From Chiloscyllium plagiosum (taxonomy: Eukaryota), in NCBI RefSeq assembly GCF_004010195.1, contig NC_057758.1:296519-316518 (forward strand): a stretch of 20,000 bases of DNA, given 5' to 3'. Of the stretch, positions 1 to 9,663 are shown piece after piece. The position numbers and the translations under genes were made by a program. Below the pieces are notes generated by a model that was not told the origin of the DNA, did no database searches, and saw only the letters and a list, made by a program, of their open reading frames with translations. The stretch's first letter is position 1, and each line of letters begins with the position of its first letter.

Positions 1-129
1 TTTTTCTAAACGATTGCAAATCAAGAGACCCACGTCTTCTACTTTAGTTCACATTTTACCAAGAGTTTCAGCGTGTTTGATCCGATGCGATTATCAGCTT
101 GCTGAGATATTTGACACAGTTTCTGGAAC

Positions 130-689
130 AGACTCAGAAAGAGAGAGGATGGGAGAGAGAGAGATATAAAACGTGAGATATAACGACAGGGAAGGGGATG
201 GAGAGTGGGAGAAGGAAAGAGGAGCGGACAGAGACGGAGAGAGGGGAAGCAGAAAAGATGAGGAGCATATACAGGGAAGGTGAAGCAAAAAGCGAGAGAC
301 GTACAGAGAAAGAAAGAGAGGGATCGAATCAGAGAAATAGGACGTGGAAGGTGAAAGAGATAGAGAGGGGAGCAGATAGCCAGGAGGGAGACAGAGGGAC
401 TGAGAAAGAGAGAGATTGCAAGGGTAAAGAAAATAAGACATATAGAGAGACAGAGGCACATAGAGAGAGACGGAGAGGAAGAGATATAGGGACAGAAGGA
501 CTGAGAGATAGAGACGCCGAGAGAAAGAGAGACTGAGTGGGATAAGGAGAGGGAGGCGGCATAATATAGAGAGTGGTGGAGACAGGGACAGAGAGAGACA
601 GAGAGATATTAAAAGATAGATCACGAGAAGGAAAGGGTGAGATTGAAACGGGCAAAGATAGAATAGAAAGATAGGGCGAAGAGCAGAAA
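130..689 (+). repeat. GA-rich low-complexity purine tract
   Basis: Almost entirely A/G on the + strand (gagaga, gacaga, gataga variants). The ORFs over it are SL-rich or ER-rich artefacts. Confidence 0.9.
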
Positions 690-1462
690 NNNNNNNNNNN
701 NNNNNNNNNNNNNNNNNNNNNNNNNNNNNNNNNNNNNNNNNNNNNNNNNNNNNNNNNNNNNNNNNNNNNNNNNNNNNNNNNNNNNNNNNNNNNNNNNNNN
801 NNNNNNNNNNNNNNNNNNNNNNNNNNNNNNNNNNNNNNNNNNNNNNNNNNNNNNNNNNNNNNNNNNNNNNNNNNNNNNNNNNNNNNNNNNNNNNNNNNNN
901 NNNNNNNNNNNNNNNNNNNNNNNNNNNNNNNNNNNNNNNNNNNNNNNNNNNNNNNNNNNNNNNNNNNNNNNNNNNNNNNNNNNNNNNNNNNNNNNNNNNN
1001 NNNNNNNNNNNNNNNNNNNNNNNNNNNNNNNNNNNNNNNNNNNNNNNNNNNNNNNNNNNNNNNNNNNNNNNNNNNNNNNNNNNNNNNNNNNNNNNNNNNN
1101 NNNNNNNNNNNNNNNNNNNNNNNNNNNNNNNNNNNNNNNNNNNNNNNNNNNNNNNNNNNNNNNNNNNNNNNNNNNNNNNNNNNNNNNNNNNNNNNNNNNN
1201 NNNNNNNNNNNNNNNNNNNNNNNNNNNNNNNNNNNNNNNNNNNNNNNNNNNNNNNNNNNNNNNNNNNNNNNNNNNNNNNNNNNNNNNNNNNNNNNNNNNN
1301 NNNNNNNNNNNNNNNNNNNNNNNNNNNNNNNNNNNNNNNNNNNNNNNNNNNNNNNNNNNNNNNNNNNNNNNNNNNNNNNNNNNNNNNNNNNNNNNNNNNN
1401 NNNNNNNNNNNNNNNNNNNNNNNNNNNNNNNNNNNNNNNNNNNNNNNNNNNNNNNNNNNNNN
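690..1462. other. Assembly gap (N run)
   Basis: Continuous Ns flanked on both sides by GA-rich sequence. Confidence 1.
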
Positions 1463-1608
1463 GACATAGGGGCAGAGAGGTTGAAATGAGAGGCACAGAG
1501 AGCGGAAGGGAAGAGAAGAGAGGTAGAAAGATAGAGAAAATGATGGTGAGACGAGACAGAGGAGGCAGAGAGAGATAGGGAGAAAAGTAGAGTGGGATAG
1601 AGACAGAG
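1463..1608 (+). repeat. GA-rich low-complexity tract, continuation after the gap
   Basis: Same purine-biased composition as 130-689. Confidence 0.85.
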
Positions 1609-1676
1609 GCGTGCCTGAAATGTGACTCTTCTTTTCCTTTGATGCTTCCTGACCTGATGTGCATTTGTCAGCTCCT
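1609..1676 (+). mobile_element. Degenerate fragment of the Penelope-like terminal repeat family seen at 6758 and 8602
   Basis: gcctgaaatgtgactc...gatgcttcctgacctgatgtgcatttgtcagc aligns by eye with gaaacgtcgattttactgctcctcggatgctgcctgaactgctgcgctcttc (6974-7024). Confidence 0.55.
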
Positions 1677-1944
1677 CATCTTATCTAGTCTTCCCAAAGA
1701 GGAGAATTGGACACCAACTGTGGCTGCGAGTGGTAATTTTGGAGTTGAGAGGTCCAAAGCACAACGGCTCTCCTGCCTACTGAGTTGGGTTAGATGGCTA
1801 CCATTGCCAAAACTACACATGCATTTTTCTAACATAATAAATTAAGATGTAATGTCATCTTTATGTCTGTCACCTTTTTTTTCTCCAGTTCTCCTTTCGG
1901 GAATCATGATTTGAGGGGCAGGTGTTGAACTGGGGTGTTCAAAG

Positions 1945-2095
1945 TTAAACATCACACAACACCAGGTTATAGTCCAACACCAGGTTTAATTGGAATCACG
2001 AGCTTTGCAGCACTGATCTTTCATCAGGTGGTTGTGGAGTAAAAAATCTAAGGACACAGAATTTACAGCAAAAGACTACAGCATCATGTAACCAA
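1945..2095 (-). mobile_element. Probable Penelope-like element terminal fragment with a decayed hammerhead motif
   Basis: Minus strand reads cac-CTGATGA-aagatcagtgctg-CAAA-GCTC-gtg, followed by ...ttggactataacctggtgttgtgtgatgtttaacttt, which I recall as a common shark repeat end. Confidence 0.55.
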
Positions 2096-3165
2096 AATCA
2101 TATGCTGGAAATCACATATCTCTTTTTCGGAATGTATTTTTTTCTGGTTACTTTTCATAGTGACGTTTTGCTCTCTCCAATTTATCAGCCAGGAATTTTT
2201 TTTTAGGATAAATTCTTTAGGCTACAATGTAAAAAAAAAGGTTTTGTAAGAATAGAATTCTGACAGCCAAGTAAAGTGACTACTCATTTCATTTTTAACA
2301 CATTGTGGGGAGCTGCTTAACGCATTTCGAATATTCATCTTTGTCTCAGAAACGTATGCATTCTGTACCGAACGTGCAATGTTGGCTACACCAACCAGAA
2401 TATACCACGCCATTGAAAACACCATACAGGCAACTCAGCTAGGCGCCTGGTTGCACAGAACGAATGGAACAATATGCATGCACCTGTGAGGTGAAGCAGA
2501 GCAACCCCTCTGATGAGAAACATCAAGGTTGTCGAATTGGAAATACTGGAACACTGGAAGCAATTTTGTCTTTCAACCAATCAGAGTCGCTCTATTGTCT
2601 GAATGCGGACGGTCAAGAATGGGCTTTTGAAGCTGCTCAATCCCGCTCAGTAAAGTTTGCTGCAGCTTCTCATCTCTCTCTGAATGAAGGTACTGCTTCA
2701 CCCAGACTGAAACTTATTGCATTGTCAATCATCTGTGAGCATTACACTTTTTTCTTCCCATTCCACTTGCTTTCTCATTCGAGGTGAAAGTGTTGACATG
2801 CAAGAATTGAACGCGAAGATAGCTAATCCAGGCAGAGTGCAGATCTGAAAGACATTTGGCATCCTTTACATGCTTCGCTTGACACATGGATTTGTTTGGC
2901 TGACAGAATGACGCATTTCCTAATGTTCACAGTTAAAAGGAGCTCTTTTCTGAAGGTCAAACCTGTCATGTGATGAGGAATTCACTTAATATCAGTTTGA
3001 GCCATGTATTGTTTTGTTGCTAAATATACATTTCATAATATCAAGCTTTTATAAAATTCGTTTGTTATTTCCAGTCTTAATTGAGAGAATTTCTATGAAA
3101 TTCTATGTTTCAGTGATGGACTCGATATGGCACAGCAATTCAAATATGTGCCGACTCTCCAGCAA

Positions 3166-3213
3166 TCATTCTATCTGCATATGACTGTCATTCAATCTGC
3201 ATATGGCTGTCAT
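3166..3213. repeat. 22-bp tandem duplication
   Basis: tcattctatctgcatatgactg followed by tcattcaatctgcatatggctg (2 mismatches), then tcat. Confidence 0.9.
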
Positions 3214-3794
3214 CCCGCAAGTTCATTCCCACCGTTGGGTCATCCAATTGTATTTTGATATCGTATTTGGGTCTATTGAGTTTGTAATCAATTGTCAGAA
3301 ATGATACTTGCCACTTTCTCATATGTAGAGAATTCTAGTTTGTGGCAAATCGATGTTTACCTAATATTTTTCCTTATATCCCCCGATGTCTTTCATTAAG
3401 TGGTGCAGTCCAGTTAAGTTGAAACCTTTTCGTCCAGTATTCTGTGTATATATCCTGAAGAAAAACACAACTCACGCAGTACAGAAGAGGCCATTTAACC
3501 AATCGACTGCGCGCCAAACGTAATGAGAAATCTATCGGTTAGCACGAAATTGTGTGTTTAGAAGAATAGTGACATCAGAGCTTTTTTTATTCATTGATAT
3601 TAATGACTTTTAAAACAGTTTTTACAGGATACCATAGGGGAAGGATTTGTAGAAAAAAATCAAAACTAACATTAGTTTAAAATCTGGAATCAGCTGATTG
3701 ATCAGAATCAGAATGTTATAGATCATAGAAGGAGAAATGTTCCTCCAATCCAAATGCTCCAAAATGTTTTGAAAATAAATGTGACCGNNNNNTG

Positions 3795-3798
<4 letters not shown>

Positions 3799-3848
<50 letters not shown>
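3799..3848. repeat. (AG)25 microsatellite next to a 5-N gap (3788-3792)
   Basis: Perfect AG dinucleotide run. Confidence 0.97.
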
Positions 3849-3852
<4 letters not shown>

Positions 3853-3909
3853 AAACAGAGAATGCATATGTTTGCATGTGAACAAATCTTTTTTTTTAAG
3901 AGTTCAGAA

Positions 3910-4283
3910 CGAGAACACTTCCAGCATAAATAAGTCTGAGAAATGGGCATACTGTGGAGAGGGATATCATTCCCTATCTGAACTAGAAATTCATTAGCTC
4001 AGACGTACTGGGAAGACGCCACTCATCTGTTTGGCGTGTGAGAAAGAATGTATTGCTGTCTGTGATCTGATGGGCTATCTGCAAACTTATACTGTGGAGT
4101 GATCATTCTCCTGCTTTGAGCGTGGTAAAGGATTCACTAATATATCCACCCTGCTGACACCGAGTGAATTCACACCCAGAAGAGGGTATTCACTGCTTTG
4201 ACTGTGGCAAGGGATTTACTGATTAAACGAGCCTACTTATACATCAGAGAATTTGTATTTGGGAATGGTTAGTCATTTGCGAA
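3910..4283 (+). pseudogene. Decayed tandem C2H2 zinc-finger exon, 5' part
   Basis: Hand translation with stops and frameshifts: YCGEGYHSLSELEIH*LRRTGKTPLICLACEK...SFSCFERGKGFTNISTLL...IHTQKRVF.CFDCGKGFTD*TSLLIHQRI. This matches the CxxCGKGF...LxxHQRxHTGEKP pattern. Confidence 0.85.
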
Positions 4284-4356
4284 CTTAGTCGCCAGCGAGC
4301 TTTTCACCCAAGTCGCAGACCAGGCAAGGCCCAGTTAAAACATGTCAAGAGGTATC

Positions 4357-4406
<50 letters not shown>

Positions 4407-4661
4407 AGCATGGAACTGCTTTTTTGGATTTCCAACTTCATCTCTGGATTCCCAGCTAACACCTTCCCTGCAGCTACAAACAAAATATCTTACTGAACAC
4501 AAGGCAAAGAAACCCTAAACTGGGTGTACTGGCCGATCCCCTTTCATTGTCTAAGTGTTAATAAATACGGTTAAAATCTTTTCCAAGTAGATATTTCGAG
4601 ACTCATCAGGATCTCAGCTTTTACGATCTCTCTGAAAAAAACCTTGTTAAACCTTGTGGCA
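4284..4661 (-). mobile_element. Insertion splitting the zinc-finger exon, possibly a partial LTR
   Basis: Non-ZNF sequence between two ZNF blocks. Its minus strand starts TGCCACAAGG...TAAAAGCTG, resembling the LTR start TGTCACAAAA...TAAAAGCTG at 9831. No clear TSD. Confidence 0.4.
4361..4402. repeat. (AG)21 microsatellite
   Basis: Perfect AG run. Confidence 0.97.
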
Positions 4662-4988
4662 CCGGTCGAAACCGTTCATCTGCTCTCACATTTGGAAGAA
4701 ATTTATTTAATCAAGCAACCTGCAAGCACACCAGAGAGTTCATACAAGGGAGAGATCCTTCACTTTCTCTAAGTGTGGAAAGCAATTCACGCAGTTATCC
4801 AACCTGCTGTAACACCAACATATTCACTCCATGTACTGCTGTCAGTGTGTGAAGAAAATCGCTGTATTATCGAACCTGCAAACATGCCAACGAGTTCACA
4901 CGAAGGGAAGACCATTCACTTGTTCTCATTGTGGGAAGGGTTCAATCATTCATCAAACTTGCAGAAAGATCAACGATTTCACAAGTGA
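4661..4988 (+). pseudogene. Decayed tandem C2H2 zinc-finger exon, 3' part
   Basis: [51 protein letters not shown]...LSNLQTCQRVHTKGRPFTCSHCGKG/FNHSSNLQKDQRFHK*, with stops and a frameshift. Partly visible in ORFs 4831..5013 and 4773..4988. Confidence 0.92.
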
Positions 4989-5059
4989 CTGGGGGAATGT
5001 TTTCTACTGTTAGTGCTGCTGGTCATCACGTTCATGACTAAATCACGGTCATTCTATGT

Positions 5060-5918
5060 GAGTGGCAGAGCAAAGTGTGCAGATCATGGTGAAACTCTGC
5101 AGAAGAACGTAGATCCTTTGTGTGAATAGATAAATGTGAAGTCATATATTTTCCTAAGAATAATCGTGAGGAAAGGCATGGTAAAACGTTTTAGTATGCT
5201 GCAATGCAGAGGGACAAAGGTGTCCTTGTGTATGAATCATAGAAAATTGGTCTCCAGGTGCAATAAGTAATTGGAAGGCAAATGGAATTTTTTCCTTCAT
5301 TGATAAAGGGATTGAGTTTAATGTTGCAGTTCTACAAGGTGCTAGTGGGAGCACACCTAGAGTTCTGTGTGTCGTTTTGGTCTACTTACTTGATAAAGGA
5401 TGTACTAGCACTGGAGGGGGTGCAGACCAGGTTTACTAGGTTGATGCTGGAGTTGAGGGTTTTTGATCACGAGTAGAGACTACGTAGAGTGTAATTATAT
5501 TCACTGCAATTCAGAAGATTGAGGGGGTGGATGTTATTGAATTACGTAAAAGTATGAAGGAAATAGATTAGAAGTGGAAAGGATGTTTCCACTGGTAGGT
5601 GAAACTAGGACAAAAGGGCATCGCCTCAAAATTAGAGGGATAACATTTAGGACTGAATAGAGAAGGAACTTGTTTGCTCAGAGAGTTGTTAATCCATGGA
5701 ATGCCTTGCCCAGTGAAGTACTTGATGCAACATCACTAAATACTTTTAAACCGAACATAGATTTTGGTTTTATAGAACAATAAAGAAATTAAGTGACACG
5801 GTGAAAGCGCTGGTAAGTGGATGAGTCCACAAAAAGATCAGCCAATATCTTATTGAATCACAGAGCAGGATCGAAATCCCGGAAGGCCTCCGCCTACTCC
5901 TAGTTTGTATGTTCTTAT
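5060..5918 (+). mobile_element. CR1-type LINE 3' fragment (ORF2 C-terminus plus 3' UTR)
   Basis: ORF 5282..5476 QFYKVLVGAHLEFCVSFWS...DVLALEGVQTRFTRL matches the CR1 LYKxLVRPHLEYCVQFWSP motif. Ends in a gcctactcctag...tatgttctta tail. Confidence 0.9.
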
Positions 5919-6857
5919 TGTGCCATTGTGTGAAGTGGGAGGGTCAGCTGGTTTCTTTAGGCTGGACTGGCGACCCTCATCACTTTGCTTCCAGTGATCC
6001 TGATGACTTAAATTCCATACGAATCATGAATCATGGAATGTCGAAGTAAGTTAGTCTCTATGTCATTTTTGCCATTGTGTTGGCAAGGAGATGGTCGTGT
6101 TTTTTGGTTGTTTTGTTCAATGTATGTTGGTAGTTTTCAGTTGGAGATTTGAAAAAAATACCTCATTTGGTGTTGCTGAGGGGAAGAGTCACAGAGTCAT
6201 AGAGATGTACAGCATGGATTCAGATCTTTCGGTCCAAACAGTCCATGCCAACCAGATATCTCTATCCAATCTTGTCTCACCTGCCAGCATCCGGTCCATA
6301 TCCCTCCAAACCCTGCCTATTCATATACCCATCCAAATGCCTCTTAAATGTTGCAATTGTACCAGCCTCCCCCACTTACTCTGGGAGCTCATTCCAAACA
6401 CGTACCGCACGCTGTGTGAAAAAAAATTGCCAGGTCTCTTTTATGTCTTTCCCCTCTCGCCCTAATCGTATGCCCTGTGGTTCTGCACTCCCCGACACCA
6501 AGGAAAAGCCTTTGCCTATTTACCTTATCCATGCACTCATGATTTTGTAATCCTCCATAAGGTCACCCCTCGGCTTGCGACACACCAGGGAAAACAGCCC
6601 CAGCCTGTTCAGCCTCTCCCTGTAACTAAAATCCTCCAAACCTGGCAACATTCTTGTAAAACTTTTCTGAACCCCTTCAAGTTTCACAACATCTTTCCGA
6701 TAGGAAGGAGGCCAGAATTGCACGCAACATTCCAACAGTGGCCTAACCAATGTCCTGGGTAAAAACAATGACTGCAGATGCTGGAAACCAGAGTCTAGAT
6801 TAGAGTGGTGCTGGAAGAGTACAGCAGTTCAGGCAGCATCCGAGGAGCAGTAAAATC

Positions 6858-6885
6858 GACGTTTCGGGCAAAAGCACTTCATCAG
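6858..6885 (-). ncRNA. Minimal hammerhead ribozyme-like core
   Basis: CTGATGA-A-GTGC-TTTT-GCCC-GAAAC-GTC: conserved core, stem II with one mismatch, palindromic ACGT stem III. Confidence 0.6.
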
Positions 6886-6954
6886 GAATACAGGCAGAGA
6901 GCCTGAAGTGTGGAGTTCTTATCTCTCCACACTTCAGGCTCTCTGCCTGTATTC

Positions 6955-6981
6955 CTGATGAAGGGCTTTTGTTGAAACGTC
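6955..6981 (+). ncRNA. Minimal hammerhead ribozyme-like core (stem II mutated)
   Basis: CTGATGA-A-GGGC-TTTT-GTT-GAAAC-GTC. Confidence 0.5.
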
Positions 6982-7834
6982 GATTTTACTGCTCCTCGGA
7001 TGCTGCCTGAACTGCTGCGCTCTTCCTAACCAATGTCCTGTATAGCCGCAACATGACCTCCCAACTCATGTACTCAATACTCTGATCAATAAAGGCAATC
7101 TTACCAAACGCCTTCTTCACTATCCTATCCACCTGAGACTCCACATTCAAGGATCTATGAACCTGCACTCCAAGAACTCTTTGTTCAGCAACACTACCTG
7201 CGACCTTATCATAAAGTGTATAAGTCCTGTTAAAATTTGCTTTCCCAAAATGCAGCACCTCGCGTTTATTTGAGTTAAACTCCATCTGCCACTTCTCAGC
7301 CCATTGGCCCATCTTGTCGAGATCCTGTTGCAATCTGAGATAGTCCTCTTTGCTGTCCACTACATTTCCAATTTTGATGTCATCTGCAAAATTACTAACT
7401 GTACCTCTTATGCTCGCATCCAAGTCATTTATGTAGTTGACAAAAAATACAGGACCTAGCTCTGATCCTTGTGACACTCCATTGGTCACTGGCCTCCAGT
7501 ATTAAAAATAACCCTCCACCACCACCTTCTACCTTTGAGCCAGTTTTATATCCAAATGGCTAGTTCTCCGTGTATTCCATGATATTTAACCCTTGGGAAA
7601 CCTTGTCGAACGCCTTACTGAAGTCCATATAGATCCCATCTACCGGTCTGCCCTCATAACTCCTCTTTGTTACTTCCTCAAAATCTCAATTAAGTTTGTG
7701 AGACATGATTTCCCAGGTGCAAAGAGACTGATGTGTTGCTGTGTTTCGAGCTGAAGCAGTAAATCTCCAGTCAGGCTGTCATTGAAGGGCTATGAGTCTT
7801 GTGATAACAGGAAGCTGTCATTCATCGTGAATGA

Positions 7835-7960
7835 GGGACAGCGAGGTCGTTCAGGCCTTCGAGTTGCCTCACCATACGATAAGATCATGATTGATTGAAT
7901 TGTCATCTCTAATCCATGTTCCTGCCTAAACCCTCGAAGATTTGACTCTAAGGTATTCAA
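7835..7960 (-). mobile_element. Highly degenerate CR1 3' tail
   Basis: gttcaggccttcgag...ccatacgataagatcatgattgat resembles the antisense of CR1 tails in this window (e.g. atcagccaagatccattgaatggc near 16107). Confidence 0.4.
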
Positions 7961-8601
7961 AATGATCACGTAGAAGATGGGACTGAGTTAATAGAACCGA
8001 TATGTTCTCACTTTACCACGTTTTGCTTTATTATACAAGCAATTTCTAATTTATTTCAACATCTGCAGATCTTTAGTTGTTTTGAATAATTCCGTGAAAT
8101 AGAGTGCAATTTGTATAATTACCCCAAGTCTGTTTTGATACATGCATCGACCCTTATGCAATGTGTAACTTACTTGCTCCTTTGTTTTGATTTTTGGATA
8201 CACTCGTCGATCTCAGCGCAGGGTGTAACGCATTCACCACTCTCTGCTCTTTCTTCCGTGTATAAACGTGGATTGGAGTGGAGTCTGTCTGTCTCCCTCT
8301 CTCTCCCCAGCCTGTGATTTTTACATGTTAATCACTCGATCAGAGTACTGTGCGCAACTCTTTCCCCAGTCTATGTTGCCTTATATTTAAAGCCCTCGAT
8401 CAGAGCGCAGCGTTTATCTCACTGACCAGTCTGTGTTGTTTCTCATGTGAAGCCCTCGAATTGATAACTGTGGCTAACTATTCCCCCAGGCAGTTTAACT
8501 TGCAAAAATGAAGACATCGATCAGAGGGTAGTGTCTAAGTCTTTTCTCAGTTTTATTGATAAACGTCTTTATATGATTGCAGTGTGCAACTCTCTTCTCC
8601 A

Positions 8602-8831
8602 GGTAAAAACAAGGACTGCAGATGCTGGAAATCAAAGTCTAGATTAGAGTGGTGCGGGAAAAGCACAGCAGGTCAGGTAGCATCAGAGGAGCAGGAAAAT
8701 CGACGTTTCGGGCAAAAGCCCATCTTCAGGAATAGAGGCAGGGTGCCTGCAGAGTGGAGAAATAAAATGTTATCTCTCCACTCTGCAGGCACTCTGCCTC
8801 TATTCATTTTCCACACCACTCTAATCTAAAT
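8602..8831. mobile_element. Second fold-back Penelope-like derived element with an 11-bp TSD
   Basis: tctcttctcca at 8591-8601 and 8832-8842. Starts GGTAAAAACAA.GACTGCAGATGCTGGAA as at 6758. Inner arms about 8730-8764 and 8770-8805; outer arms about 8640-8662 and 8807-8828. Confidence 0.9.
8702..8729 (-). ncRNA. Minimal hammerhead ribozyme-like core
   Basis: CTGAAGA-T-GGGC-TTTT-GCCC-GAAAC-GTC: CUGANGA core, perfect 4-bp stem II, GUC cleavage triplet. Confidence 0.65.
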
Positions 8832-9303
8832 TCTCTTCTCCAATCTACATTGTTTTATATATGAACAGCTCGATCAGAATGCAGTGAGGAAGTCACTCCC
8901 CGTTCTGTGTTGATTTATATATAAGCACATGGATCAGAGAGATGTTCGTAGGTATTTTCTTTCACTGATCGTACACAGACAGAATCGTTGAAGAGACTGA
9001 TCGAGGATGACAAGGAGCAATTGGCTCAACAGCGATGTTGACTGAATTTCCACTCTGATTGTGCCAAGATGTCGGAGAGCTACTCCCCAAGGCAATGAGA
9101 TGGAGAGTGACGATGCAATCAATGTCCGGATATGCTCCCCTGAATGCTTCGTGGGAATTATGAAAGGAGAGAATGATCATTCATTGACTGTGGGGAATGA
9201 GGGTGTTCATTGTACATATTGAAACATGATCTGGATCATGTTCTGATTATTTGACAGTTCCTGCAGTCAAATAGCAGCCGTTCTCTCGTTCCGTATCGCA
9301 TGT

Positions 9304-9663
9304 TCAGATGTGGGTGCGGTGTGGTGCTCCTGCAGGAGGATGACGTGGCCATAGAAAGAAACATCGGTCGATGTTCTAGGAGATTGAACGTTCATTAGCA
9401 GAAATATTCGACGGTAGAGAAAGAGAATTTAAGCGGTGTTATCATTATAACATTTCAGTGTCCATAATACCAGCAATGCCTGTGAGACAATCGTATACAC
9501 TGATTATAACCCATTCATATTTGTGGAATTATTTAAGGACAGAAATGCCAGACTTTCTGCCAAGTTTCGATGGAGATTGTTGTTGCAGCCGAACAATTTG
9601 ACAATTGTGCATGTAACAGATCCAGAAAATGTGATTGATGATGCATTATCGCAACTCGAATGA
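9304..9663 (+). mobile_element. Gypsy LTR retrotransposon RNase H remnant (Gmr1-like, RNase H at the pol C-terminus)
   Basis: Hand translation SDVG/GVVLLQEDD...SRRLNVH*QKYSTVEKE...IVYTDYNP...RWRLLLQP...IVHVTDPENVIDDALSQLE*. Matches Gypsy RNase H motifs DASD, YSTxEKE, TDHxP and NxxADALSR. Confidence 0.85.

Larger units (their letters stand above)
6758..7024. mobile_element. Fold-back non-autonomous element (Penelope-like derived) with a 16-bp TSD
   Basis: cctaaccaatgtcctg at 6742-6757 and 7025-7040. Inverted arms at about 6814-6915 and 6925-7024 around a 9-nt loop. Confidence 0.9.
6185..7724 (-). mobile_element. CR1-type LINE 3' portion with RT domain, interrupted by an insertion at 6758-7024
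   Basis: ORF 6986..7489 GVSQGSELGP...YINDLD...FADDIKIG...WAEKWQMEFN and ORF 6520..6768 RTLVRPLLECCVQFW...LEGVQKSFTRMLPGL. Octamer tail repeats agagtcacagagtcatagag at 6185. Confidence 0.95.
8095..8945. repeat. Degenerate tandem repeat, period about 60 bp, interrupted by an insertion at 8602-8831
   Basis: tcgatcagag-like anchors at 8336, 8396, 8456, 8517, 8870 and 8930. Approximate unit TCGATCAGAGTGCAGTGTGTAACTCTCTCCCCAGTCTGTGTTGTTTTATATGTGAAGCCC. Confidence 0.85.

Noticed and set aside
39..1664. Long ORFs (108-457 aa) at the window start
   Set aside because: They arise from GA/TC low complexity and from reading through Ns.
2464..2500. CTCEVKQ peptide reminiscent of a motif I recall in TOP6BL
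   Set aside because: A seven-residue resemblance from memory with no convincing surrounding alignment or exon order. No symbol assigned.
2510..2524. CTGATGA-GAAA-CATC hammerhead-like string
   Set aside because: No stem II between the core halves and poor stem I pairing. Likely chance.
4590..4609. Minus-strand CTGATGA-GTCTC-GAAA-TATC hammerhead-like string
   Set aside because: Stem II is only 1 bp and the flanks cannot form stem I.
6758..7024. MITE or DNA-transposon interpretation of the palindrome
   Set aside because: The inverted arms are not terminal (one end has about 56 unpaired nt), and TSD lengths differ between copies (16 versus 11 bp), which points to retrotransposition.
8095..8945. 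CRISPR-like appearance (conserved anchor at regular spacing)
   Set aside because: The intervening sequences are homologous to each other, the context is vertebrate, and there are no cas genes.
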